From NCBI RefSeq assembly GCF_963921235.1, contig NC_086107.1:100070001-100134000 (forward strand): DNA of 64,000 bases. The letters run 5' to 3'. Made by a program: the position numbers and the translations under genes. The notes beneath the pieces were generated by a model. It worked only from the letters and a program-made list of their open reading frames with translations, was not told the origin of the DNA and ran no database searches. Of this stretch, positions 1-13,051 are shown in pieces. Origin of the DNA: Mobula hypostoma. Taxonomy: Eukaryota. The stretch's first letter is position 1; every line of letters begins with the position of its first letter.

Positions 1-528
1 AATGACTGTGTTCAGTTCTGGTCACCTCACTACAGGAAGGATGTGGATACTATAGAGACAGTGCAGAGGAGATTTACAAGGATGTTGTCTGGATTGGGGA
101 GCATGCCTTATGAGAAAAGGTTGAGTGAACGGGGCCTTTTCTCCTTGGAGCGACGGAGGGTGAGACGTGACCTGATAGAGGTGTAGAAGATGATGAGAGG
201 CAGTGATCGTGTGGATAGTCAGAGGCTTTTTCCCAGGGCTGAAATGGCTAACACAAGGGTGCATAGTTTTAGGGTGCTTGGAAGTAGGTAAAAGGGGATG
301 TCAGAGGTAGGTTTTTCACACCGAGAATGGTGGGTGTGTGGAGTGCACTGCCAGTGGTGGTGGTGATAGAGGCGATTACAATAGGGTGTTCAGGTACATG
401 GAGCTTAGAAAAATAGAGGGCTGTGCAGTCGGGAAATTCTAGGCAGTTTTTAGAGTAGGTTACATGGTCGGCACAACATTGTGGGCCAGAGGCCCTGTAC
501 TGTGCTGTAGATTTCTATGTTTCTATGT
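1..528 (+). mobile_element. CR1 LINE 3' fragment
   Basis: CR1 RT C-terminal motif ([12 protein letters not shown]...[10 protein letters not shown]) and (TTCTATGT)2 tail at 513-528; near-identical to 57950-58456. Confidence 0.9.
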
Positions 529-585
529 AATGATGGAGCAGACTCGCTGGGCCAAATAGCCTAATTCTGCCCCTATGTCTTATGG

Positions 586-1130
586 AAAACTTCTATAAAT
601 GTACCGTGGCGAGCATCACCATCTGGTATGGGAGATGGGGGAGGGGCGCTACCGCACAGGACTGAAAGAAGCCGCAGAAAGTCGTAAAATTAATCAGCTC
701 CATCATGGGTACTCGCCTCTGTAGTATCCAAGACATCTTCAAGAAGCAGTGTCTCAGGAAGGCGACATCCATTATTAAGGATCCCCATCACCCAGGGCAT
801 GCCCTCTTCTTACTGTTACCATCGGGAAGGAGGTACAGAAGCCTGAAGGCACACACTCAGCGATTCAGGAATAGCTTCTTCCCCTCTGCCATCCGATTCT
901 TACATGGACATTGAATGCATGAACACTACCTCACTTTTTAAAATATATTATTTCTGCGTTTTGTATGATTTTTAATCTATTCAATATACCTATACCGTAA
1001 AAGAATTATTTATTTATTTATTATTATTATTTTTCCTCCTTCTGTATTACGTATTGCATTGAACTGCTGCTGCTAAGTTAACAAATTTCACGACACATAC
1101 CGGTGATAATAAACCTGATTCTGATTCTGA
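586..1130 (+). mobile_element. Rex1/Babar-type LINE 3' fragment
   Basis: ORF 705-914 HPGHALFLLLPSGRRYRSL...RFRNSFFPSAIR; AATAAA followed by (ATTCTG)n tail. Confidence 0.85.
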
Positions 1131-1856
1131 AACAGGCCCTTTGGCCCAACTGGTCCATGCTGAACAAGATGCCCCATTCAAGCGAGAGCCATTCGTCAGC
1201 ATCTGACCCATAACTTTCTGAACCTTTCCTATCTATATACCTGTCCAACTGTCTTAAAAGTTGTTATTGTAGCTGCCCCAACCACTTCCTTGGGAGCACA
1301 TTCCACAAAGATACCATCCTTGGTGTTTAAAAAAAAGATGCCCCTCAAGCTCCTATTAAATCTTTCTCCTTTCACCTTAAACCTGTGCCCTCTATTTCTT
1401 GATTCCCCAACCCTAGAGAAAGACTAAGTGCATTCACTCTATCGATGCCCCTTATGATTTTATACATCTCTACGATATCTCCTCTCAATTTCTTAGGATC
1501 CTTTCCTGGCCAATCTGTCTCTATAACTCAGTCCTTCAAGTTCTGGTAATATCCTTGTAAATCTCTTCTGCGCTCTTTCCAGTCTAATAACATCTTTTGC
1601 AGAGCAGGGTGACCAAAACCTTGCACAGTACTCCAGATGCAGCATTAGCAGTGTACTGTATAACTGCACAGGGCATTGAAGAAAGCCAGAGGCTGCCTTC
1701 ACTATTCTATCTTCCTGTGACTTCACTTTCAGTGAACTATGTACTTGTACTCCAAAGTGCCTCTGTTCTGCAATACTCCCCAGGGCTGTGCTATTCACTG
1801 TGGAGGTTGTGCCTCAATATGACTTTACAAGATGCAACACCTTGTTTTTATCCACA

Positions 1857-3660
1857 TCAGAATCAGGTTTAATATAACTGGCATATGTCGTAACATTTGT
1901 TAACTTTATGGCAGCAATACAATGAAATACAGGATAAATAAGTATTAAAAAAACTAGGTTACATTAAGTATATATACGTCTATTAATTAGTTAAGTTAAA
2001 ATAAGCAGCGCAGAATAACAGAAATAAAAATGTAGTGTGGTAGTGTTCATGGGTTCAATCTTCGTTTAGAAATCAGATGGCAGAGGGGAAGAAGCTGTTC
2101 TTCAATCGCTGAGTGTGTGCCTTCGGGCTTCTGTACCTCCTTCCTGATGGTAACAGTGTGAAGAGGGCACGTCGTGGCTGGTGGTGGACGTCTCCTTCCT
2201 AAGGCACCGCTCCTTGGAGATGTCTTGGATACTGCTGAGGCTGGTACTATGATAAAGCTGACTAATTTTACAAGTTTCTGCAACCTATTTAGATCTCGTG
2301 CAGTACCCTCCCCCCCCCGCCCCCATACCAGACAATGATGCAGTCAGTCAGAATGCTCTTCACAGTACATTTGTAGATATTTTCGAGTGTTTTAGTTGAC
2401 AAACCAAATCTCCTCAAACTTTGAATGCAATATAGCCACTGTCTTGCCTTCTTCGTAACTGCATCGATGTGCTGTGAGCAAGTTAGGTCCCCAGAGATAC
2501 TAGTCATAGTCATAGTGATAGTCATACTTTATTGATCCCGGGGGAAATTGGTTTTCGTTACAGTTGCACCATAAATAATAAATAGTAATAGAACCATAAA
2601 TAGTTAAATAGTAATATGTAAATTATGCCAGTAAATTATGAAATAAGTCCAGGACCAGCCTATTGGCTCAGGGTGTCTGACCCTCCAAGGGAGGAGTTGT
2701 AAAGTTTGATGGCCACAGGCAGGAATGACTTCCTATGACGCTCTGTGCTGCATCTCGGTGGAATGAGTCTCTGGCTGAATGTACTCCTGTGCCCAACCAG
2801 TACATTATGTAGTGGATGGGAGACATTGACCAAGATGGCATGCAACTTAGACAGCATCCTCGTTTCAGACACCACCGTCAGAGAGTCCAGTTCCATCCCC
2901 ACAACATCACTGGCCTTACGAATGAGTTTGTTGATTCTGTTGGTGTCTGCTACCCTCAGCCCGCTGCCCCAGCACACAACAGCAAACATGATAGCACTGG
3001 CCACTACAGACTCGTAGAACATCCTCAACATTGTCTGGCAGATGTTACAGGACCTCAGTCTCCTCAGGAAATAGAGACGGCTCTGACCCTTCTTGTAGTC
3101 AGCCTCAGTGTTCTTTGACCAGTCCAGTTTATTGTCAATTCGTATCCCCAGGTATTTGTCCACACTGGCCCCCTGGATGGAAACAGGGGTCACCGGTACC
3201 TTAGCTCTCCTCAGGTCTACCACCAGCTCCTTAGTTTTTTTCACATTAAGCTGCAGATAATTCTGCTCACACCATGTGACAAAGTTTCCTACCATAGCCC
3301 TGTACTTAGCCTCATCTCCCTTGCTGACGCATCCAACTATGGCAGAGTCATCAGAAAACTTCTGAAGATTTCAAGACTCTGTGCAGTAGTTGAAGTCCGA
3401 GGTGTAAATAGTGAAGAGAAAGGGAGACAAGACAGTCCCCTGTGGAGCCCCAGTGCTGCTGATCACTCTGTCGGACACACAGTGTTGCAAGCACATGTAC
3501 TGTGGTCTGCCAGTCAGGTAATCAAGAATCCAGGAACACCCAGGAACTTGAAATTGCTCACCCTCTCCACTTCTGATCCCTCTATGAGGATTGGTTTGTG
3601 TTCCCACATCTTACTCTTCCTGAAGGCCACAATTAGCTCTTTGGTCTTGCTGACGTCAGT
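1857..3660 (-). mobile_element. Rex1/Babar LINE fragment (1857-2500 and 3533-3660) nested in CR1
   Basis: ORF 2289-2525 KKARQWLYCIQSLRRFG; (ATTCTG)n tail on the minus strand near 1857. Confidence 0.75.
2501..3530 (-). mobile_element. Young Rex1-type LINE, 5'-truncated, nested inside another Rex
   Basis: Uninterrupted 211-aa ORF 2660-3295 (LNVKKTKELVVDLRR...GQSRLYFLRRLRS); GAPQGTVLSPFLF RT motif upstream; AATAAA then (TGACTA)n tail at 2501-2532. Confidence 0.85.
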
Positions 3661-4163
3661 TATTAAACTACAATTGCCATTCCTTGGTTCACTTACTCAG
3701 CTGATAAAGATCCCCCTGTAATTTTTGATAACCTTCTTCATTGTCCACTATACCACCTATTTTCATGTCATCTGCAAGCTTACTAACCATGTCTTGTAGA
3801 TGTAGATGACAAACAGCAATGGGCCCAGGACTGAACCCTGAGGCATCCCACCAGTCACGGGCCTCCAGTCCAAGAAATAGCCTTCCACTATCGCCCTCTG
3901 CTTTTAACCATTAAGCCCATTGTGTATCCAGTTAACCAGCTCTCCCTGGATTCCATGCAATCTAACATTCAAGAATAGTCTATCATGTAGAACCTTATCA
4001 AAGGCCTCACTGAAGTCGATATAAACCATGTATGTCACCCTGCCTTATTCAATGTTCTTGGTCATATCATTAAAGAAACTCAGTAAAGTCCGTAAGACAT
4101 GTTCTCCCATCCATAAAACCATGCTGACTACCCCTGATCAGCCCCTTTCTTTCCAGATGTACA

Positions 4164-4790
4164 CTTGTTGTTGTTGGCATCCATCTATCTCGAAGGGCAA
4201 TGGCTGATGATGATCATCATTATAAGCCTGGGCAGAAGGTATGGAGATCCTGAGATGCCCAGTCATTAAGATTCCCCTCTCGGCCTTACCAGTGAAGTCC
4301 AAAGGAAAGCTTATGAGGCAAAACGTTTGGCACCAGCTTGGCTGCAGGAGCTGCTGGAAGGATGTTCAATGATGTCCGGCCACCTTAGGGGCTCCACTCC
4401 GGATTTGCTGTCTGGGTTTACTTCTGTAGCCCTCATCTCTCCCGACGCTGCCCATAAGGCAGTGAGGCTATTTACCCATCGCTGGGGATCTGGTTCATGA
4501 GCACCAGGGCGTTTCCATGCACCAGTGGGCCTGCGTGCTATGTGTGCAGGGGCCAGACCTCCTCCCCGTCCTCTGTAGTTCCGCCTGAGTCCGAAAGGAG
4601 TTCAGTTTCCATGTGTCGCCGGTGAGGAGGCACTAAATGAGGCTTGCTGTTGGAAGGGCTATTTACTGGCAGAGAGAGACATATTCATTCAGCTCTCCTT
4701 TTCGCAAGACCATTAGCCAATGATGGAGGCTGAACGCAAGACCAACAAGTACTACCCATTACACTACCACACTAGACACACCACAACAAC
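4164..4790. mobile_element. GC-rich non-coding interspersed element, possibly non-autonomous RTE-related, inserted in CR1
   Basis: Sharp compositional break; (TTG)n at the left end and CAACAAC at the right end; host CR1 resumes on both sides; no coding motif recognised. Confidence 0.45.
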
Positions 4791-5079
4791 CATTTTGACA
4801 CTCAAATATATTGTATGTTTATCTTATCCCTCAAAATCCTCTCCAATAGCTTACCTCAGATGTTAGACTTCCTGGTCTATAATTCCTAGGCTTTTCTTTG
4901 TCGTCCTTAAATGAAGACACACCATTCTAAACCCTCCAGTTTACTGGCACCTCACTCATGGCTAACAATGATGCAAAGATCTCAGCCAAGGCCCCTGCAA
5001 TTTCTTTTCTAGCCTCGCACAGTGTTCTTGGATATATATAGTCAGGCCCTGGAGATTTGTCTACCTTCATACCTTTCTA

Positions 5080-6872
5080 AGACAGGGAAGCAATGCAGAG
5101 ACCAAAGCTAAAGTTAGAAAAGAGTAAGAGTGGATAACAAAAAAGCCAAATGCAAAAGACTAAATGCAGGATTACTAGATTCTAAAAGACAATGAGCATA
5201 AGAACACCTTGCTCTGAATGCCTGTAGTATACAAACACGGTCAGTGAACTTGTGGCAAAAACCAGTCCAAAAGGTATAATTTAGTGACCATTACAGAAAC
5301 ATGCTTGCAGGGTGGAGATGATTGGGAATTAAGTAGCATAGAGTATCAGGTAATAGATAACGGGAGGTTCAAAGGTCCAATTTAATGTCAGAGAAATGTA
5401 TACAATATGCATCCTGATATGCTTCTACTTCGCAAACATCCACAAAAACAGAGAAGTGCCCCAAAGAATGAACGACAGTTAAGCATGAGAACCCCAAAGT
5501 CCTCCCCCCACCCCAGCTCCCCTCTCTCCCGCGCGTATGCGATGGGGTAAAACTCAAAATTAAGGATTGATCAGGGTAATAGAGGGAGACAACATAAGAC
5601 CTAAGACATCTGGACATAGATTAGGAACAGCAAAGGGCAATAAAGACACCGGTGGGAGTTGACTGTAGCCACGGAATATTAATATTATAGTAGCACAGTC
5701 AACAAACCAAAAAATATCTGATGCATGTAAGATTGGAACAGCTGTTGTTATGGGGGTTTTAACTTGCATGTAGATTGGGTGAATCAAGTTGGTTGTGGCA
5801 GTCTTGAAGAGGACTTCATAGAATGCCCCCACATTAGTTTTTTGAAGAGCATGTTAGTGAACCTATCACCACAGAGTCACTATCACCACAGAGGTATGGT
5901 AGTGTTGAGCAAACTAGTGGGCCTGAAGGTACATGAGTCTCCTGGTCCTGATGGAACAAATTCCAGGGCACTGAAAGAAATGGCGGATGTTATAGTCATG
6001 GCGTTTGTGATAATTTACCAAAATTCTCTGGATTCTGGGCGGATTCTGGGTAGGTTCTGGCAGATTAGGAGACAGAAACATGTCACACCACTGTTTAAAA
6101 AATGTAGCCAAAAGGCAGGTAACTATAAGCCGGTTAGTTTAATGTCTGTAGTCAGATAAATGCTTGAAGCTATCATTAAGGAAGACATCTGGAAAGAAAT
6201 GATTCCATAGGGCAGACACAGCACAAATTTAGGAAGGGTAGGTCCTGTTGACAAACCAGATCAAATTATCTGAGAATATATCAAGCACAGTGGATCCAGG
6301 GTAGTAGGTGGATGTTGATAACTTGTATGTCCAGAAGGTGTTTGATAAAATGCAGAATAAAAGATGTGCTGGCATTGGAGAAGGTCCAAAGCAGTTTCAC
6401 AAGAATTATTCTGAGAATGAAAGGGTTAACATATGAGGAGTGCTTTATGGCTCTGGGCCTGTACTCACTGGAGTTTAAAAGGATGTGGGGGTGGGGTGGG
6501 GGCAATCTCATAGAAACATCAAATATTGAACAGCCTAGATAGTGTGGATATGGGAAGGATGTTTCCTATAGTAGGTGAGTCTAGGACCAGCAGTCTCAGA
6601 ATAGAGGGACGTCCATTTAGAACGTAGATGAGAAGAAATTTCTTTAGCCAGAGGATAGTGAATCTGTAGAATTTATTGCCACAGGCAGTTGAGGAGGCCC
6701 AAATCACTGAGTATATTTAAAGCGGATGTTGATAGGTTCTTGATTAGTCAGGGTGTCAAAGGTTATGGGGAGAAGGCAGGAGAATGGGATTGAGAGAAAA
6801 AATAAATCAGTCATCTAGGCAGACTCAATGGGCCGAATAGCCTAATTTTGCTCCAAAGACTTATAGTCTTAT
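5080..6872 (+). mobile_element. Internally deleted CR1 LINE (endonuclease, RT and 3'UTR remnants); small minus-strand insertion at about 5366-5545
   Basis: ITETCLQ endonuclease remnant; ORF 5764-6159 SPGPDG...VTPLFKK...GNYKPVSL; ORF 6312-6542 LEKVQSSFTRII; CR1 3' stem GACTCAATGGGCCGAATAGCCT. Confidence 0.85.
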
Positions 6873-6879
6873 GTTCCCC

Positions 6880-7485
6880 TTCATTGCTAGAGGGAATTAA
6901 TTTAAGAGCAGGGAGGTAATGCTGCAACTCTAGAGAGTGGTGTTGAAGCCGCACTAGTTCTGGTTTCCTCACTTGAAGAGTGATATACTGGGTTTGGAGG
7001 TAGTACAGAAGAGGTTTACATTGATACTGGAGATGGTGGTCAGCCTAAGAGGAGAGAATGAGTTGCCTGGGACTATACTTGCTGCAATTCAGAAGAATGA
7101 AAAGGAATCTTATAGAAGAATATAGCATTATGAAAGGGATATAGGTAAGACAGAGGCAAGAAAGTTGTTTCCATTAGTTGGTGAGACTAGAACTAAGGGA
7201 TTTAACCTCAACATTTGGGGAAATATATTTAGCACAGAGATGAGGAGGAGCTGCTTTTCCCAGAGAGTTGTAAATCTGTGGAATTCTTTGCCCAGGGAAG
7301 CCTTTGAGGCCACCTCATTAAGTATATTTAAGACATAATTAGATAGATTTTTGCATTGTAGGGTATTTAAAGGTTATGGTAAAAGGCAGGCAAGTGGAGC
7401 TGACTGCACAGTCAGATCAGCCATAATCTTATTGAATGGTGGGGCAGGTAGGCTTGATGTGTCAGATGACCTACTCCTGCTCCTA
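6880..7485 (+). mobile_element. Decayed CR1 LINE 3' fragment
   Basis: GAGACTAGAACTAAGGG and TTTTCCCAGAGAGTTGTAAATCTGTGGAATTC motifs; 3' end CCTACTCCTGCTCCTA. Confidence 0.8.
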
Positions 7486-7772
7486 CAGCACTGTGCAAAA
7501 GTCTAAGGCTCATGTACATAGCTAGGGTGCCTAAGACCTTTGCACAATACTGTGTTTGTCAACGTGGAGCAGAGAGCAAGAATTTTACTTCTGTTTTATT
7601 TCTCACTGTTAGAATATTATCATTATGCAATGGAATGCACTTACAGGCTTGTTATAAACAAAAGAAGAGTCTATAAATTAATATGAATGATTTCTGATTT
7701 TGTTTCACAAAATTATTAAAGGAAAAGGTCTTTTAAGATTCTGGAAGAGTAAGTTCTTTAGCTCCCAACCTC

Positions 7773-9835
7773 CTAGCCATACAGCCATTAGACATAGGAG
7801 CAGAATTAGGCCATTTGGACCTTCGAGTCTGCTCTGCCAGTCCATCATGGCTGATTTATTATCCCTCTCAAACCCATTCTCCTGCCTTCTCTCCATAAGC
7901 TTTGATGCCCTATCTAAGAACCTTTCAAGCTCCGCTTTAAATATACCCAATGACTTGGCCTCCACAGTCATCCGTGGTAATGAATTCCTCAGATTTACCA
8001 CGCTCTGGCTAAAGAAATTCCTTCTCTTCTCTGTTCTAGAGGGATGTCCTTCTATTCTGAGGCTATGCCCTCTGGTCCTAGACTCCCTCACTCCAGGAAA
8101 CATTCTCTCCATGTCTACTCTATCTAGGTCTCTCAATATTCAATAGTTTTCGATGACATTTCCCCTCATTTTTCTGAACTCCAGTGAATACAAGCCCAGA
8201 GTCATCAAATGCACGTCAAACATAACCTTTTCACTTCTGGAATCATACTTGTGAACCTCCTCTTAACCTCTGCAATGTCAGCACATCCTTTTAGATAAGC
8301 AGCCCAGAACTGCTCACGGCACTCACAGGTGCAGTCTGACCAATGCCTTATAAAATCTTAGCATTACGTTCTTGTTTTTATGTTCTAGTCCTCTTGAAAA
8401 GAATGCTAACATTGCATTTGCCTTCCTTATCACTGACTCAACCTGCAAAATTCAAAAATCAGAAGAATGGGACTTGGGAGCTTTCGTGCGGGATTAACCT
8501 TTAGGGAATCCCGCACGAAAGCTCCCAAGTCCCATTCTTCTGATTTTTGAATTTTCTCCCCATCTAGAAAGTAGTCTACACGTTTATTCCTTCTACCAAA
8601 GTGTATGGCCATACACTTCCCTACACTATATTCTACCTGCCATCATCCCTTCTACTGTCCCTTTCCAACCAAATTTGGTCAGCTCCTCTCTTGTACCTCT
8701 GTAATTCACTTTACTCCACTGTAATACCGATTTCAGCTTCTCCCTCTCAAACTGCAGGGTGAATTAGAAACATAGAAGAAAACCTACAGCATGATACAGG
8801 CGCTTTGGCCCACAAAGCTGTGCCAAACATGTTCCTCTCTGTATCACTTGGTGCTCAAGTACTTCAGATCTTCTATGCCTCACCTAGCCATCCTTCTTTT
8901 ACATAGAGGTAGAATAGTAATGTTTATGGTTATCAAGAGTGATAGTTCTGAAGAAATTATTCTACTCATTGATCATGTGGCTAGTCAGAAGTTTTTTTCC
9001 CAGGGCTGAAGTGGCTAGCACGAGAGGGCACAGTTTTAAGGTGCTTGGAAGTAGGTGCAGAGGAGATGTCAGGGGTAAGTTTTTTTTACATAGAGTGGTG
9101 AGTGCGTGGAATGGGCTGCCGGCGACGGTGGTAGAGGCGGATACGATAGGGTCTTTTAAGAGACTCCTGGATAGGTACATGGAGCTTAGGAAAATGGAGG
9201 GCTATGGGTAACCCTAGGTAATTTCTAAGGTAAGGACATCTATCATGTCATGATCACTGGCACTTAAGGATTCCTTCACCTTAAACTCCCTAATCAAATC
9301 TGTTTCATTACACACCACGCAATCCAGAATTACCTTTTCCCTAGTGAGCTCAAACACAAGCTTCTGTAAAAATCCATCTTGTAGGGATACTACAAATGGC
9401 CTCTCTTGGAATCTAACACCAGTCTTATTTTCCCAATATGCCTATATATTGAAATCCCCCATTGTAACATTGCCCTTTTTACATGCCTTTTCTAACTCCT
9501 GTTATAATTTGTAGCCCATATGCTAGCTACTGTTTAGAGGTCTGTATAACTCCCATCAGGGTCTTTTTAGCCTTGCGGTTTCGTAACTCTGCCCAAAAGG
9601 TTTCTACATCTTCCTCTTCCTAAGGATTTGATTTCACTTTTTACCAACAGCACCACCCTGCCCTCTCTGCCTACCTCTCCTTTCAATACAATGTGTATAC
9701 TTGGATGTTAAGTTCCCAGCTATGATCTTCTTTCAGCCATGACTCAGTGATGCCCACAACTTTATACTTGCCAATCTCTAACTGTGCTACAATATCTACC
9801 TTATTCCATATACTGTGTGCATTCAAATATAAAAT
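7773..9835 (-). mobile_element. Internally deleted CR1 LINE
   Basis: Minus ORF 7705-8136 DRVDMERMFP...RNFFSQSVVNL; HFGRRNKR at 8430-8612; endonuclease remnants 9250-9830. Confidence 0.85.
8765..9239. mobile_element. Young CR1 3' fragment with internal inversion, nested in older CR1
   Basis: 8765-8836 is the reverse complement of the CR1 tail; 8967-9239 is the upstream part in forward orientation; compare the colinear copy at 58143-58456. Confidence 0.85.
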
Positions 9836-10004
9836 AGCCATGGCACTCAACACTAATTTTAACCACTTAACTATCTGATCTCAGAGAAGCCCACCTTTAA
9901 AATTTTCCAGATCAAGCTGCTGAAATATGGTCTTTCTGCTTACCTGATACATAGTACATGTGATTTCTTGATATGCCCTGTTCCTATAATGTTATTGCTA
10001 AGTG

Positions 10005-10530
10005 ACACAAGAGAATGCAAATGTTGGAATCTGGAGGAAAGTATAAACTTCTGGAAGCAATCAGCAAGTCAGGCAGCATCCATGAAGGCAAAAGGATAGC
10101 TGGCATTTTGGTTTGCATCAGGACTGATAGTAGATGGTAGATAGCCAGTAGGTTGATGAAGCAAGGTAGGAGAAAGGGATTGGGGAGTGTTGAGACAGAG
10201 GCTGGTAGGTGATGAATGAGGGCAGCTAAGAGCAGATGAAACTGGTTGGAGGTAGATGATGTCTAGGTAATGGGAGGGGGGGATGAAAAAATGTGTGGAA
10301 GGGATGGAAAAGGTGAACAAAGGGCAAGAAACTCTGGATGGACTGGTAAAAGTGGGAAGTTAAACTATGGGACGTGGTTTTCCTGAAATTGGAAAATTCA
10401 CTCTTCATTCTATGAGCTGTAGGCTACCTAGGCAGAATATTAAATGCTATTCTTCTAATTTGCTCCTGACCTCACTGTGGTGGTCAGTGTTGGAATGGGA
10501 AGTTGGTTTGAAAAGACATGTAATGAGAAC
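10005..10530 (-). mobile_element. Decayed Penelope-derived element
   Basis: pLTR motif GCAAATGTTGGAATCTGGAG...GTCAGGCAGCATC, purine-rich spacer and GIY-YIG C-terminal remnant (SEFSNFR). Confidence 0.65.
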
Positions 10531-11000
10531 TGATTGAAACATGAACTATTTCCCTTTTTAAGGATACCGCCTGACTCATTAACTGTTTTATGTCTTCTGT
10601 TTTTTCTTAATCTTGTCCAGCAAAAGGTTAACAAAGAAGGTAGAGATAATTGAGTATGTATAGGGTTGTACTGGAGGCTAACTAAAGAATTACAGTTTAC
10701 CACAAGTGAAGAAAAGTAAACCTGCCACCAGTGGACTAGGAGGACCATCTAACTACCTTGCTTCTGTCATCATGATGGGCTTAAAAAGAAACAGCTGCAG
10801 AGATGGATGTTGTGTATCAGTGCTGTGTATTTATCTTTCAAACTCCTTTTGTTACCTTAATATCCTCTATTATTCAAAAAAGAAAGCCTCAGTCTGTTCA
10901 ATCATTCCTGATAGTTATTACCTTTATGTTCTAGTATCTTCCTTGTGATTCTTTGTTTTACCTTCTCCAATACCTCTATAACTTCACTAACATTGTCTAT

Positions 11001-11157
11001 GCTGGTGGTGCAGCAGTATCCGCAGCTAGACTTTGGAGCAAGAGGTCCCAGGTTCAAATCTGGCATGAGTTCCATTCGTGCTGGGTTGAGTATTGAGCTA
11101 GCAACTTGACCTTGTAAAACGGACAAACACAAAAGAAACGGCAAGGTTGCCACCCAA
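11001..11157 (+). mobile_element. tRNA-derived SINE
   Basis: A-box-like TGGTGCAGCAGT and B-box GGTTCAAATC; no tRNA acceptor stem or terminator. Confidence 0.55.
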
Positions 11158-12830
11158 CTTTTTCCTAATACTACAGAGACAAGGATGCTGTGCTGGGTAT
11201 ACAAATGTGGTTTAATCATAACTTCTAAAGACAATGTCTGATTTTCTGGTCCTAAGACCCACTGGTACTTTTAATAATTTATGATTTTGTGCTCCTGTTT
11301 TCCTTTGCTTTTCTACCCAATTTATAATCTCATTGCCCTGATGGCCTTTTGATTCTTCTGAAAAATTAAAATGTGCATTTTGTGTAATTATTGTTCCTAT
11401 TCAGTAAAATCTACTGGATTAAATTTGGATTAGGGTTGGTTGCTATTCCTATCAATTTCAAATGCTTGCTACCTTGTTTCAAATTTATTCATGGAATATT
11501 AATGTTGCTGTCAAGGTTCACATTTAATGCGCTGATGTCACTCTTATACTGTAATTTAAAAATAGATTTTTCAAGTGTTCTTTTCCCAACAATGTCACCA
11601 CTACTCCACTTCACCGTAGTGGGGCTTACAGAACGGTCCATTGCCTTTCTAACATGCCCATAACTTAATGCAGTCCATTCCTCATTACTTCTGGACTTCC
11701 CATTGCTCTTTTAAGTTTAAACATACAGATCACAGAGAAGAAGCAATTTGACATTTTCTTTCAATATCCCTTTATACAGTACATCACTTCCATTGCGATT
11801 TTCAAAGCACATTAAAAAAATTTAGCTGCAGTAAATCACTTCAGTTTTCTTGTCTACATCAGCTTATTCAACCAGGAATTTGTGCAGTTGAGAGGGAAGG
11901 AATGCAAGAGGTGAAAGGACACATTACTCTGGCCAGAAGCATTTTGGATGCACTTTGGAATTCACTAAACTATGTGGGAACATACAATCTTTATTAGCTT
12001 TTTAATGCAAACAATCACATAAAAACTCAATATTGCATTCATCTGAATTATGGCAATCCCACCCACATAGTTACATAAACAACATATGAACAGCCTGTAT
12101 AATTACTGTCACAAATCATTTCTTTCATTCCCAGCATTGATGCTCAGATCAGTGAGACCTGGTCCTTTACCTTTCCTCACCTGGACATAGGCGTTTGTGT
12201 AGATGTGTCCTTGATTTATTTACACTGCTTTTAATAAAACATAATCTGGCATCCAATTGTCTGCAATTCAAATGCTCTGGTATATGGCTCATATATATTC
12301 GTGCAAGATGTGAGCTGGGATCCAGTGTACAAATGGGCTGTGCAGACAGAGCTAGAGGGTTGGAGTGAAGTCGGGGCTAGGATCTGGACTGGAGGCCAAG
12401 TGTATGGATATAGTCGGAAGTAGGTTCACAACACCAGATTGTCAGGATCATGGCTAGGTTTGCAGTGAATCCAGTGCTTGTATATTTCCTGCTCACTGGA
12501 AAATTTATTGTACCATGATGTAACATGTTAAAATGTAGTGTATTAACAAAACTATCATCCAGTGGCCCCGGAATTCTGCTAGTCCATCATAACCGAAGTT
12601 CCAAGGGTGCCAGATTATTGAGGTTTTATTGTAACGTGTTCTCTATTATGAGTCACGTCCTCCAGAAATGGAGAGGTGAATGTGCCAACAAAAATATGGA
12701 AGATGAAATAGTCAGGCTAGATGCTGTGGTTGGCCGCTGACTGTTGTAGAATCATGGAGTTATAGTCAGTACTTTCAGACAAAGAAGCAAAATAAGATAG
12801 AAGGCAAAGCCCCAAATTTGAAGTAGTAAC

Positions 12831-13051
12831 ACACTCAAAAAATGCTGGTGAACACAGCAGGCCAGGCAGCATCTCCATGAAGAGGTACAGTCGACGTTTC
12901 GGGCCGGGTCCCTTCATCCTGCCGGAGGGTCCTGGCCCGAAACGTCGACTGTACCTCTTACTGTAGATGCTGCCTGGCCTGCTGCTTTCACCAGCATTTT
13001 TTGTGTGTGTTGCTTGAATTTCCAGCATCTGCAGATTGCCTCGTGTCTGCG
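12831..13051. mobile_element. Palindromic Penelope-derived mini-element
   Basis: About 85-bp inverted arms centred near 12920; 16-bp flanks AATTTGAAGTAGTAAC (12815-12830) and AATTTAAAGTAGTAAC (13052-13067). Confidence 0.85.

Larger units (their letters stand above)
1131..5078 (-). mobile_element. Decayed CR1 LINE split by nested insertions (pieces about 1131-1855, 3660-4163, 4810-5078)
   Basis: Minus ORF 1493-1798 HLEYCARFWSP...RLERAQKRFTR; RT motif remnants on the minus strand at 3700-4150. Confidence 0.75.

Noticed and set aside
11001..11062. tRNA gene
   Set aside because: Has A/B boxes but no cloverleaf or acceptor stem; continues into a SINE body
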